Part shown: piece after piece, positions 38,086-52,431 of the stretch
Numbering within the stretch: position 1 is the first letter of the stretch
Layout of the letters: every line of letters starts with the position of its first letter
NCBI RefSeq assembly: GCF_009914755.1
Contig: NC_060929.1
DNA length: 64,000 nt
Direction: 5' to 3' (one strand)
Source of the DNA: the human T2T-CHM13v2.0 reference genome, Homo sapiens
The notes under the pieces: generated by a model
The model's database searches: none
Told to the model about the DNA's origin: nothing
What the model saw: only the letters and a program-made list of their open reading frames with translations
Made by a program: the position numbers and the translations under genes

Positions 38086-41000
38086 GCAAATAAATTTTTT
38101 CAATGCTACTTAATGCTTTTTATTTAGAGATAATATGTTGGCTTTCTATTTTGATAGGGTTAATGTTTTGTTAATTGTCACTTAGAAATGTATTCAATAT
38201 GAAGAGAATTATTTGTATCACCTTTCATACACAAAGGTGATACTACCAATATGGAATTAATATGAAATATGCTTTGCATTACTTTCCCAGTAGTGGTGAT
38301 GAATTGTTAGTGATTCATCCATATCCCTTGGCTGGAGAAATAGAAGTGGAAACACTGAACTCATCAGGCCAGCTTTTTCTCAACAAAATCAAAGCCATTC
38401 AAGCAGTGTAATCAACATACGAGTCCTGTGGTTTTATTAAACAAAGAATTTACCTTTATGATTTATCCCTATTATAGACACTGTCTTAAAGTTACTTATA
38501 GTTCTTGGAAAATTCACCATCTGGAGAATTCCAAATTTTCCAGAAAAAACTTGCCTTGAGGACAGATCTTGGAAAATAATTGCCCACTGGAGGCTTTTGT
38601 TTTGTTTTGTTTTTTAACTCCTTTTGGTTAGACTTTGAATCAAGTATTTTTTACTTTGCAAAATACATAGCTTGGGGTAATTTTAAAAAAAAATTATTTT
38701 TCCATTGTTATTTTTTAAAAGTCTTTGAAATACAGAAAGTGGTGTATTTGTTCATATCTTTGAACTTTAAAAAATTAATCAATACTACTTATCCAATTTA
38801 ATTCCATGTTTTTAAAAGACATAAAATTATTTTTCTTTTAATGAAAGTGGTAATAATGTACTATTTAGCATATTTATCAGTCTAATTAATCAAAAATTGA
38901 ATGAAAGAAAAAAGATTTTTAGGATACATATAAATCTTTTCATCTAAAATATAGTACGCATTCCTATCAGTACATATAATTCATTCTATGCCTTTGAAAC
39001 TCAACTTTAAATGACCTTTAGACTTTTAGAAGAAACAAGAAATGTACTTACTTTTGCAATTACTGGAAATAATACTGAACATAATAGAGGAAAAATTATG
39101 GGTCTATTAGGTACTATGCAAGATCTAATTCCCTGTTTCCCCTATGTGAGGAATGAATGAAGACTTAGATTGTTTATTTTCTTCTACTTTTCAGTGGTTG
39201 AAGTACAATTCTTATAGCCTTAAATACTGAGTAGGAATTTTTGGAGTTTGATTCTTCTATTTAAAAAAATCCTAGCCAAATGATTTTGATTAATTGAGTC
39301 TGTATAAAAATAAAAATCTCTAATGGTTACCATGGGTTTATCATTTCTTCTATGGTCCACATACAGCCTCATTCTGCACACAGAATTCTCATTATTGTCT
39401 ATTGTCTTCCAATCTGCACTGCTTTTTCCATTGGACAGTAAGCTTTCAGTTGTGAAATTAAACAAGATATATAGTAGTGATGATAAAGTAGCATGTATAC
39501 ATTCATTGTGATTGCTACCAGTTTATTTGTGTCTTTGTAATACAAAGGGGGCTTTCAGGATTGGATACCATATGTGCAAAAGCTAAACTAACAGGCTTTT
39601 ATATACTCTCTATGTGCTTATTGATTCATTATATAAATAAATAAATGCAAATGGTTCAAATTTGCATTAGGGATACCTTAGGAACATCTCTCATTCAGTT
39701 CTAAGCTCTAAACTTTATACTACCAAATTTTGTCTTGAATAAACAAGCCAAACCAAGACAAAAACTGTGCATTCACTTAAGGTAGTGAATAATATAAGTA
39801 TGTCTTATGTAAGCAGGCCAGTCTTTGTATTTCTAGGTACTTTTTGATATCAGGATAAGTAGATGACCTCATTGACCCTATTATAAATTGGTTTTAGTAG
39901 AAACAATAATGTTTGTAAGCAAATTTTTATTCCCAGACTGCCTGTTTACCCTATAAGATAACCATCTGAAATACCTTACCTGATGCATGGTCAAGAATAA
40001 GTTGAACAAAGAAATCATTTGTGTTAAACTCCCTTGTGATTTCTTCATTTTATTGTTATATGTAATTTTCAGCTATAGTATTCTTTTGAACTGTAGTTGT
40101 GGTCAAAAATGTCAGCCAGAAAAGCTATGAAAAGCTTGGACAAACCACTCAGGTAATTTTCCAATTAAGAAGAATAGGTTCCCCAAATCCCATTTTAATT
40201 GAGAAACTGCCTGGGTAAGTAAATTCTTCCCCTGTCCTATCAAAAACCCAGGATAAATGGGAAAATATTAATGAGGTGTTAGTGAAGGGGACTGTAATGT
40301 GATAACAACAAAACTAGGTGAAACAGATAAATATAGAAACATATAATCAGTGTTATGCTGTACTTAGTCTAAACCAGCAATATAATCATTCAGTTGAAAT
40401 ATTAAATCCACAAACACCATTGAGAGGGAGATCCACTATGGTTGGTTTACAGATAAGGCAGGTGTAGGTAACTTCCCAATTTTTGTTCTATTAATCTATG
40501 TAATCTATATTTCTACAAATGGGATTTTTCCTATTTTATTTGTACTAAAAAGTAGCAACAACAGTTTTAGTGCTAGTCTTAACATGATTGTAATGTAATC
40601 AGCAGGGTTTTACAAATTGTCTCAAAGGTTAATCTTGGTGATCATCACATTATACTCATTCTTATCAGTTATATTTAGTGGCAGATTGCAAGCTTTCCTT
40701 ATTATCTTGGTAAATCAAGAGGTGAAAGCCTTTCAAGCCTTCTCTTTTTAAACATCTTTTATTAATGCTAATATGCCAGATGGGAGAAATTAAAATGGTT
40801 CTGTTCTTCATGCTGCTGCTACCCACAATTTTACCACATCATTTGCTGGTTAAGGAAGCATATGAAAATGATAGGTAGAGCACACAATTGTAAAAGTTCG
40901 GAAATGATGAAATTCCTTGTCTAAGGAAAACCGTTTTTTATTTGACTAGGTAAAAAAAATACCATCACTTTCCAAACATACATAAGAAACACTGACAAAG

Positions 41001-41592
41001 ATGGAATTAATACACTTGGAACTCATATGCTGCATCATTTTTTCCCAGCTACTCATGTTTACCTTAATCTTAAATGCCAACCAATAGCCAGCAAGATGAT
41101 TATACAAGAATAATCCCCCTTGATCCATAGGGGTAATTGTCCAGAGCAACTAAGTTTATGTAAATGTTGCTTCTTTCCCATTTTCTTATCCTTTGGGAAA
41201 TCAGTGGCTCTTGCAAGTGCCTATTTACTCTTTTTACAGGTCTTAGGAAATATGTACAAATATTTTGGCAGGTTATAGAATCACTTTCCTGCCTATCGAT
41301 AACTATCTAGGAGAGTGTTTTCAATCCTTTAACTTTGCCGTAGACACATCCACATAAAATTTGGATTCTAAGCAATTCACATAGTCTGAATAATTACTCA
41401 ATCTGATCTCTAAGTCTTAGGAAGCAACACTGGGAAGCACATAAAGAGTGGCTTTATGATAAAGATAAGCTTGAATTGACTAACTTTTGCTTAAGTTAAA
41501 TCATTTGTTAACTTCAGTGTATAATAATATTTAATAATAATTAAATGCAATCTGAAACAAATTATGTTCTACCCACCCTCTTAACTGATTAG

Positions 41593-41715
41593 GTCTTTCT
41601 GGTTGAGAACTATGAGTTTGGAAAAGATAACGAAACTTTTATGTTCTTTAAGCGAGAAGATCAGGATTGTCAATGCTGTCATTGCTTTTACTGGAATCCC
41701 CAGCACGAATTGAAG
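41593..41715 (+). other. Candidate internal exon (123 nt), gene unassigned
   Basis: Acceptor 'cccaccctcttaactgattag|G' and near-consensus donor 'AAG|gtgagt'. Open in phase 0 (VFLVENYEFGKDNETFMFFKREDQDCQCCHCFYWNPQHELK). Confidence 0.3.
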
Positions 41716-41843
41716 GTGAGTACAGGATTTTTCTTTCACTCTGTTCTTAAATTAGAAAGCACTCCCTGTTTTTCACTCTCCTACTCTGATTTGACTGTAC
41801 AGTTCTCTATACATCTCTTTCCTGTATTTCTTCCCAAGTCCAG

Positions 41844-41897
41844 GTTTGACCAGAGACAAAGAAGCAAATGCTATCAATTAACATTCACATGTGGTAG
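41844..41897 (+). other. Candidate exon (54 nt; alternative acceptor gives 41839-41897)
   Basis: Long pyrimidine tract 'tctctttcctgtatttcttcccaag|tccag|G' and donor 'TAG|gtaagt'. Confidence 0.25.
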
Positions 41898-42014
41898 GTA
41901 AGTCTGTAAGTTGCTTTGGACTTTACTTGCCTCAGATATCTTAGATCCAAAGTGGGGAGAAAGTGGATAAAGGTCAATGTCAGTTGTTGAAAAGGGAATC
42001 ATAGGGAGGTCAAA

Positions 42015-42130
42015 AGCACAGTAAAACTGGAGTCAAAATGCCTGTGTTCAAGGTCAGAATCTTAAAATTTTTTAGTGTGCCATCTCTGGTGAGTTACTTA
42101 CTTAATAATTTCTTTGAGCTTCGTTTTCTT
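42015..42130 (+). mobile_element. MIR 5' half (host of the AluSp/L1MA/AluSq cluster)
   Basis: 'ctggagtcaaaatgcctgtgttcaa...gagttacttacttaat...tctttgagcttcgttttc'. Confidence 0.6.
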
Positions 42131-43580
<1,450 letters not shown>

Positions 43581-43581
43581 C

Positions 43582-43971
<390 letters not shown>

Positions 43972-45879
43972 TGAGGACAAATGATATGTCTGAAACTTTA
44001 TTTTCTTTATAGGATTATTGATGTTGCTGTAAGAACCATATGAAATATAAATATGTGTAATATAAATGATGATTATGTTTTTCATATGGCTTATTCTGCA
44101 AAGACATACATAAAGATTTTTATTGGCTCTTGTGCATGTAGTTTGCCTTTTGTATTGATCTTACTTCTTAATTTAATTTTCATATTATTTAAAATATCAA
44201 TGGTATGTAAGTACACATCTTGAAAAATAACCAAGAAGTTATTACAATCTGTAAAGAAGAGAGTATATTTGGAATTCAGTTTTACATCTAATTTTGCTGC
44301 ATACTTACTTCTGATGAAGAAACAAATCTCCCCCCAAAAATTACCTCACCACTGCCACCAACATGGGCAATAATATAACAGGAACAAAGCACTATTTTTT
44401 GCCAACAGCTAGGAAGATTTATTTCCATTCTTCTTTTATACAGGTCTTTCAGACTACATATGGAATCTAATGAATATGGAAATCACCTACCATTAATATA
44501 ATTGAATATTAAAGTTATAATGAACTATGCACAACTGCCAAAATTTAAAATTACAATGTTAGGACTTCTCTATTTAAGATATATCTGCCTTTTATAAATT
44601 GTTCCCAGCAATTTGTATTTTCATAAAAACAACATACAGTGTTGTTCAACTTCTGCCCTTGTAATTCTCAGGCTGTTTTTCCATTGCCACAGTCTGCTAA
44701 ACCTCTATTCCTTTTTAACAATTTTTGAGAAAGAAATACGCACAACCACTAGAACCATAACAAGACGAAGCTGTGTAAGATAGACACTAATGGTGGGAGG
44801 GACACCGCTAAGGCAGTATAGCTGATTTCATTTCTAAGTAAGAAAAAGGCCACACTCATACAGCAGACCAAATAAGATGCACATGGTAAATGACAGCAGA
44901 GCAGTGGACCCAGGAACTGGTATTAAGGCAGCAAAGTCCTAGATGTCAGATAGCTCTATTTTTCAGTCCTCTTTGCTAAATGTCTTTCATAAATTCATTA
45001 GAGTTACAAAAATTGCCTAAAAAGGAATTAAATTTCAGTTTCTGTAATTCATTTTCAAAACAGCAAAAGAATATATTTGCTCCATAAAAATTGTATTAGT
45101 TGGCATTCACTGATGCCAACTCTGGTCTCTTAGCTATCCCAATCATCTTCCATGGCTCTTCATATTTTTATTTTAGGAGAATTCCAAAATCTGCTTGGAG
45201 AAAGTATGCTCAAAGATTTATCTCACAAACATAATTTTTTTTGCATGTGGGGATAAAGAAGGAGATTTAAGATAACATAAAAGACTACTACATGTTTGGA
45301 CTAGTTAATGAAGTTATTAAGGCAGGTTGCTGGTAGCACTGATAGATATATATAGTTGAATTTAAAGAGGAAAATATGGCCTATAATAGCTGATTGTACT
45401 GCAAAGTCTGGCTTGATATGAGGCTGCAGAGACATTGATGCAAAACCTCCCTCATTTATTAGGAAGTAGTCAGGGAAATTGGATTAAAAACTAATCTGGG
45501 GAAAAAACGACCTGATAGATTGTCTTCCCATGAAAGCCTTGACCAAAAAGGCCTTCATTTTAGCCATAGAAAAGATTCATTCAACCATCATGTTTAGGGC
45601 CTGCTAGACACTATCCAAAGTTAAGTTGCTTTTATTCTGTTCTTATTTTGCCCATGTGCATTCATCTTCTGTACACTGTGGCAACCAGAAATTTGTCAAT
45701 GTCAAGGAAAACACTCAGTATATGGAGGCTGTGCAATATGACTTTGTTTAGGTCTATGTGCAGGTAACCTAGCACCAGATTGGAAAACTTGTCAAAAACA
45801 TTCACCTTACTTGAATCTGGAAGGTTTGAAACACTTTCCATAATAAATAATGAATTTTAAAGACTATGGAAATATAATG

Positions 45880-46114
45880 ATGAGAATTTATATAGCACTC
45901 TACACAGCTTTTTAGAGAGTATTTTCACTGCAAACTGTTAAGATACGTTATGTAAGTATGTGTATTATTATCCTTGCATGCTGACAGTAAACCTGAGGTT
46001 CAGAGAAAGGAAATGGGCTTTCCAAAATTGCACAGGTAGTAAATGTGGACCCAGGACTCAAAACCAGTAGTTCAGAATCAAAATTCTATGCTCACTATAT
46101 TCTATACTGCTGCC
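45880..46114 (-). mobile_element. MIR, near full length
   Basis: 'tattattatcc...aaacctgaggttcagagaaaggaaatgggctttccaaaattgcacaggtagtaaatg...caggactcaaaaccag'. Confidence 0.8.
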
Positions 46115-47477
46115 TTTCTTCTCCAATGCAGTAAGTCAAATAAATTAAGTGTATAAGCACTTTTTCTCAAGATTAATTTATTTTATTAAGAAGCAGGAAG
46201 TATAGTGTAGGCTTTTCTTCTAAGGAAGGCTGGCTATATTTTCAGGATCCAAAAATTGAATGGCCTAGACATACCTCAGTGTATCTAGATACATTTTGAG
46301 ACCTCTCTGGAAATAATATTTTGATTTTTGAGGGCAGGGAGCACGCTAATCTTGTTTTAAACATTCTTAAGTGACTGTGATACATTTTGTGCAATGAACA
46401 CAATTAATTGGCAGACAAATGATCAATTGGTTCACATTACTCTAAATTAAAAGTGAATGTCACTTAAAAGTGGGTATGCTAATATCATAAGCAAATTGTT
46501 TTTATATACTTATTTCAATTATTTGTTGATCATTTTCACTTAAAAGATTCATTTTTAAACCTAAAGAAACTGATACGAATGAAATAATTGATTTGTTGAA
46601 TAGGAAACCTCTGGTAGATCTGGATTTAAAACTCTGATTGCTCACTCTTGTGTTGTCTAAGGAGCCATTCTAGCTGTGCATTACATCTTCTTCCAAAACA
46701 AATGGTGAAACTGAAGTTCAGGATAGTCTCCTTGTTAGAGAAGGACAAGGCAGGCTATTTTGTGTACAGACTCAGTTGAGTTTTTCTGAATGACTTTGTT
46801 CCAATGTCAAATAAAAAACTGAAGTACACACTAAATTGAATTAATACTTCTCTTATACCACTTCCTGCTTTTGATTCAAGTGTTAAATATATGAATAATT
46901 TCAAGTGAGGCACTATATGTATATATATTTTCAAATGTCTTCATAAAGAATACTTTTATGATAAGGTCACACCCTATCAAACAAAGAAGTTTAGAGTTCT
47001 ATGACAATACATGTGATTTAGCTTGCTGCAAATTAAAAAGACAAGTCTTAATTAAGATAAAAATAGTAAATTGCCTAAATATTGAACACATGTATGAGAA
47101 TATATTAAATCAATGACTAACAAATGCTTTTGAAATCTGGATAAATATTTAAAGAGTTTATTCAATTAAAGCCTACAAAAGATATAACCTATAAATACAA
47201 CTGTTGAAACTGGCTTTATTTTTTATAACTATGAATATGTTGCACTTAATATTCTTCTAATAGTTTATTTTGCCAAATGTGCTAACTTGAAGAGCTATAT
47301 CAAGCTTTTCAAATGGTGAGCTGCAGAGTAGGTGCCGCTCACCCCACTGCTTGGTGGGAGGGGTGTGTTGAGGAGGGAGGAGGCTGCCTTGCTCTTTCCC
47401 CACCATGTTGTATTCCCTTCCACCCTTCTCTTTTCTTGACTCCTCACCTTCCTTTCCTTGTGTCTTCTTTCTTTCTA

Positions 47478-47730
47478 AAACCATTTATGGAGCACTTTTT
47501 ATGATATAGGTACCTTGCCAGATGCTGAGGATAAAATGATGACTAAGATATTCACAGTACTGCCTTCTTGGAGCTTAAAGATGATGGAGAAATCAAACTG
47601 GCAAACTGGCAATTACAACTCATCAGAGCAGATTCACTAAAGGGGAAATAAGAAGGGCTATGGGGTCCCCTAATCAATACCTTGAGGATAAGAAGAAGCT
47701 TTTTGGAGGAAATTACATCTAAACAGATGG
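47478..47730 (-). mobile_element. L2 3' fragment
   Basis: 'atttatggagcact...tgccagatgctgaggataaaatgatgactaaga...tgccttcttggagctta'. Confidence 0.65.
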
Positions 47731-48230
47731 AAAATTTATCATTTATTCTTCTTTAAGAGTTTCCTATTTTTTGAAAAATTAACATGCCACTCAAATCTTT
47801 TCTGCTTCAGCTTTATTTGCCATTGTATCCCTGCACATGCCTCAGACTGCAGCCCATATTCACAGTTGCCTTCCCTAATCTTAGTCTCCCTCTCCAGTTG
47901 CACTCACTTCACCTTATTTGGTATTATAGTTGTTTCCATGCGTTTCTTCAACTGGAAATCAAGGACTGATTCTTATTTTCCTTCTTAGTCTTCCATTTAC
48001 AAACTCTGTTCCCCAAACCAAGTTTTTATCATTCTGTCTAGCACAGAAGTCTTTGATGGAATTAAAACAATTTATGAATTTTTTTCGTTTTCTCATTCAA
48101 AGAATTGATTATCTATCACACGCATGAAAAAGAATACAAAGGTAAACATTACCAATAAATAAACACATCTAATGGAGGAGATCAGATATATTTCTCAATA
48201 GGTTTAATTTAAAATTAGATTATAACACTC

Positions 48231-49035
48231 GTTCATCTGTTCAACAGATGTTTATTAAATGCCTACTGTGTGCGAGTCCCCATTGTCAGAAACCTTACAT
48301 TCTGATGGAAGAATATTGACAAGCAAATGAATAAAATGAATGTGATGAATTCACATAGTGATAAAAATGCTAATAAAAATGAAATGACATGGTAAATAAT
48401 AGGATAGAAGATGTTTGAAAAGGTTGTGACAGGTCAAGGCATCAAGGAAGGTCTCTGTGAATAGGTGCCATTTGAACTAAGATATGAATGTTGAGAAGGA
48501 GTCAGCTATGGGATGATCTGAGAGAAGGGAATTCCAGATGGAGGTGATAGCAAATGCAAAGAACTTGTTTGACTTTTTTGAGGAAAATAAAGGAATACAG
48601 TAATACTGATGCCCAGTGTCTAGGAAAACAATGATTTGAAAGGAAGTTGTTGGAGAAGGAAGGGATTTGATTGTTATAACATCTTATAGGCTATGGTAAG
48701 GAGTCTGGGATTTCTTTTAAATTCAATTAAAAAAAAAAAACACCAAAGAACTTCAAATAAGTGAGAAAGAAACATTATCTTATTTACATATTAAAAAGGA
48801 AGTTCCAAATTCTGTGTGGAGAATGAATTTTAGGGAGAGGAAGATGGAGACAGGGAGCATTGGTTGGAGGATCTTACAGTGGTCCATGAAAAGGATAATG
48901 GTGCCTTGAACAGAAAAGATAAGAGAGGATAGAGAGAAATGGCCAAAGTGGAGATATTCTTTGGGGGTAGATTCAGCAAGACTTGATAGGTTGAGTGCCA
49001 AAAAGAGAAGAGGTGAATTCATCAGTGACTCTTCA
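48231..49035 (-). mobile_element. L2 3' region
   Basis: 'ttcaacagatgtttattaaatgcctactgtgtgc...caaggaaggtctctgtgaataggtgccatttgaactaaga'. Confidence 0.8.
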
Positions 49036-49799
49036 TGTCATGAGTATTCAAAATAAGAATTATGGGGTGTGGAGCAAATACTAGCTTTCCTAATGTAATT
49101 GTTCACAATGCGAGTCCTTACAGATCCTAGAGTGAGTGGGTGGTAGTGGTTGAAGTTTTTATATTACTTCAGTAAGTCTAAGAAGAAGTATGTATAGATT
49201 TACTCTTGATTAGGCAATGGAGATAACTATGGTCTTTGCTTTGGATGGGAATTAGACTAATTCAATGCTTTAAATTTAATGTTTTTAAAAAACTTAAGTG
49301 TAGTTTGTGTCATTAAGTAGATCTTTCAAAATACAGGACCTATGGTGGAGAATATTTAAGGATAGAAATCCTTGATGCCAAAAGTTTGGAACACTCATAT
49401 TTTGGGTATTTTAGTGAGCTGGGTCAACTCTTCTCTTTCTTGCTTATCCTATTTGCTTACCAGTTGTTCTTCTCCACTCTGTTGGCTTTTTTTTTCTAAA
49501 GTAACAAGGAATGCCAGTGACTACCAAGTAATTGTATGTGAGTTTGGGGAGCTTCAAAACAAATAGCTTTTATAAAATAGTATTATTTTATTATCCACAT
49601 TCCAATTTCTCTTATTTTCAACATTAATTCTAAAAGTTTCTTTTAAAAAATTGACCCTCTAATGGAGAAGCAATATGATTCCATGAAGTATAATTGAAAT
49701 TACATATTTTCCCCATCATAACTAATGTATCAGCTTTAAAGTCTTATATATATGTATTTCCAGTGGGATGAGAATTTTTAGGAGACTGAATAAAACATT

Positions 49800-49935
49800 A
49801 CAGTGGTCTGAAGTGGTAATGAAGATTCTATCACTGAATTACAGTGCATTGGCAACTCTGTCATAGATTTACTATTTGATCCTGTACAAGTCACTTGAAT
49901 TCTTCCTTCAGTTTCTCACTTACAAAATGGTAAAG
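49800..49935 (+). mobile_element. MIR fragment
   Basis: 'acaagtcacttgaattcttccttcagtttctcacttacaaaatgg'. Confidence 0.65.
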
Positions 49936-50000
49936 CAAAGAACTCCTGATGAAACATGAAGAATATTAGATCACATAAAAAAAGATAAAAAGGAAAATGA

Positions 50001-51336
50001 GGAGCTGGCAAGATGGCCAAATAGGAACAGCTCCAGTCTGCATCTCCCAGTGAAATCAATGCAGAAGGCAGGTGATTTCTGTATTTCCAACTGAGGTACC
50101 TGGCTCATCTCATTCGGACTGGTTAGACAGTGGGTGCAGCCCACGGAGGTCGAGCAGAAGCAAGGTGGGGCATCACCTCATCTGGAAAGCACAAGGGGTC
50201 AGGGAACTCCTTCCCCTAGCCAAGGGAAGCCATGAGGGACTATGCCTTGAGGAACGACGCACTCTGGCCCAGATAGTACGCTTTTCCCATGGTCTTTGCA
50301 AACCCACAGACTAGGAGATTCCCTCGGGTGCCTACGACTCCAGGGCCCTGGGTTTCAAGCACAAAACTGGGCAGCCACTTGGGCAGACAGCGAGCTGGCT
50401 GCAGGAGTTTTTTTTTTGTACCCCAGTGGCACCTGGAATGCCAGTGAGACAGAACTGGTTACTCCCCTGGAAAGGGGGCTGAAGCCAGGGAACCAAGTAG
50501 TCTAGCTCAGTGGATCCCACCCCCACAGAGCCCAGCAAGCTAAGATCCACTGGCTTGAAATTCTTGCTGCCAGCACAGCAGTCTGTAGTCAACCTGGGAT
50601 GCTCAAGCTTGGTGTGGGGAGGGGTGTCCACCATTACTGAGGCCTGAGTAGGTGGTTTTCCCCTCACAGTGTAAACAAAGCCACCTGGAAGTTTGAACTG
50701 GGTGGAGCCCACCACAGCTCTGTAAAGCCGCTGTAGCCAGACTGCATCTCTAGATTCCTCCTCTCTGCGAAGGGCATCTCTGAAAGAAAGGCAGCAGCCC
50801 CAGTCATGGGCTGATAGATCAAACTCCCATCTCCCTGGGACAGAACACCTGGGAGAAGGGGTGACTGTGGGCGCAGCTTCAGGGGACTTAAATGCTCCTG
50901 CCTGCTGGCTCAGAAAAAAGCAGCAGATCTCCCAGAACAGCACTCAAGCTCTGCTAAGGGACAGACTACCTCCTCAAGTGGGTCCCTGAACCTCTGCCTC
51001 CTGACTGGGAGACAACTGCAGTAGGGGTTGATAGACACCTCATACAGGAGAGCTCCGGCTAGCATCTGACAGGTGCCCCTCTAGGACAAAGCTTCCAGAG
51101 GAAGGAACAGGCAGCAATCTTTGCTGTTCTACAGCCTCCGCTGGTGATACCTTGGCAAACAGGGTCTAGAGTGGACCTCCAGCAAACTCCAGCAGACCTG
51201 CAGCACAGAGGCCTATTAGAAAGAAAATTAACAAACAGAAAGGAATAGCATCAACATCAACAAAAAGGATGTCCCCACAGAAATCCCATCTGAAGGTTAC
51301 CAACATCAAAGACCTAAGGTAGATAAATCCATGAAG
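50001..51336 (+). promoter_or_regulatory. L1 5'UTR internal promoter region (CpG-decayed)
   Basis: YY1-type motif 'caagatggcc' at 50009-50018. Promoter function is known for L1 5'UTRs in general and not shown for this copy. Confidence 0.55.
50332..50634 (-). CDS. L1 ORF0-like antisense ORF (100 aa from ATG at 50634)
   Basis: MVDTPPHTKLEHPRLTTDCCAGS...GSVGVGSTE aligns with recalled L1HS ORF0 (MAGAPPPASLPPCSLISDCCASN...DSVGVGPSE). ATG context gtaATGG. Expression unknown. Confidence 0.5.
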   Translation of the reverse strand: MVDTPPHTKLEHPRLTTDCCAGSKNFKPVDLSLLGSVGVGSTELDYLVPWLQPPFQGSNQFCLTGIPGATGVQKKNSCSQLAVCPSGCPVLCLKPRALES

Positions 51337-52368
51337 ATGAGGACAAACCAGTGCAAAAAGGCTGAAAATTCCAAAAACCAGAATGCCTCTTCTCTTCGAA
51401 AGGATCACAGCTCCTCACCAGCAAGGGAACAAAACTGGATGGAGAATGAATTTGACAAATTGATGGAAGTAGACTTCAGAAGCTGGGTAATAACAAACTC
51501 CTCTGAGCTAAAGGAGCATGTTCTAACCCAATGCAAGGAAGCTAAGAACCTTGAAAAAAAGTTACAGGAATTGCTAACTAGAATAAGCAGTTTAGAGAAG
51601 AACATAAATGACCTGATGGAGCTGAAAAACATGAAAGCATGAGAATTTTGTGAAGCATACACAAGTATCAATAGCCGAATTGATCAAGAAGAAGAAAGGA
51701 TATCAGAGATTGAAGATCGACTTAATGAAATAAAGTGTGAAGACAAAATTAAAGAAGAAAGAATGAAAATGAATGAACAAAGCCTCCAGGAAATATGGGA
51801 TTCTGTGAAAAGACCAAACCTACATTTGATTAGTGTACCTGAAAGTGATGGGGAGAATATAATCAAATTGGAAAACACTCTTCAGGATATTATCCAGGAG
51901 AACTTCCCCGATCTAGCAAGATAGGCCAACATTCAAATTCAGAAAGTACAGAAAACACCACAAAAATACTCCTCAAGAAGAGCAACCCCAAGACACATAA
52001 TCGTCAGATTCACCAAGGTTGAAATGAAGGAAAAAATGCTCAGGGCAGCCAGAGAGAAAGGTCGGGTTACTCACAAAGGAAGCCCATCAGACTAACAGCA
52101 GATCTCCCTGCAGAAACCCTACAAGTGAGAAGACAGTGGGGGCCAATATTCAACATTCTTAAAAAAAAAATAGAATTTTAAACCCAGAATTTGCTCTCCA
52201 GCCAAACTAAGCTTCATAAGCGAAGAAGAAATAAAATTCTTTACAGACAAGCAAAGGCTGAGAGATTTTGTCATCACCAGGCCTGCCTTATAAGTGCTCC
52301 TGAAGGAGGCACTAAATATGGAAAGGAAAAACTGGTACCAGCCACTGCAAAAACATACCAAATTGTAA
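51337..52368 (+). pseudogene. L1 ORF1, disrupted
   Basis: MRTNQCKKAENSKNQ... start, premature TGA at ~51640 and later frameshifts. Confidence 0.92.
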
Positions 52369-52431
52369 AGACCATCGACACTATGAAGAAACTGCATCAA
52401 CTAACAGGCAAAATAAACAACTAGCATCATA

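Noticed and set aside
38262-38411. Protein-looking ~49-aa ORF (MKYALHYFPSSGDELLVIHPYPLAGEIEV...)
   Set aside because: Short, with no recognised homologue and no good donor site. Compatible with chance.
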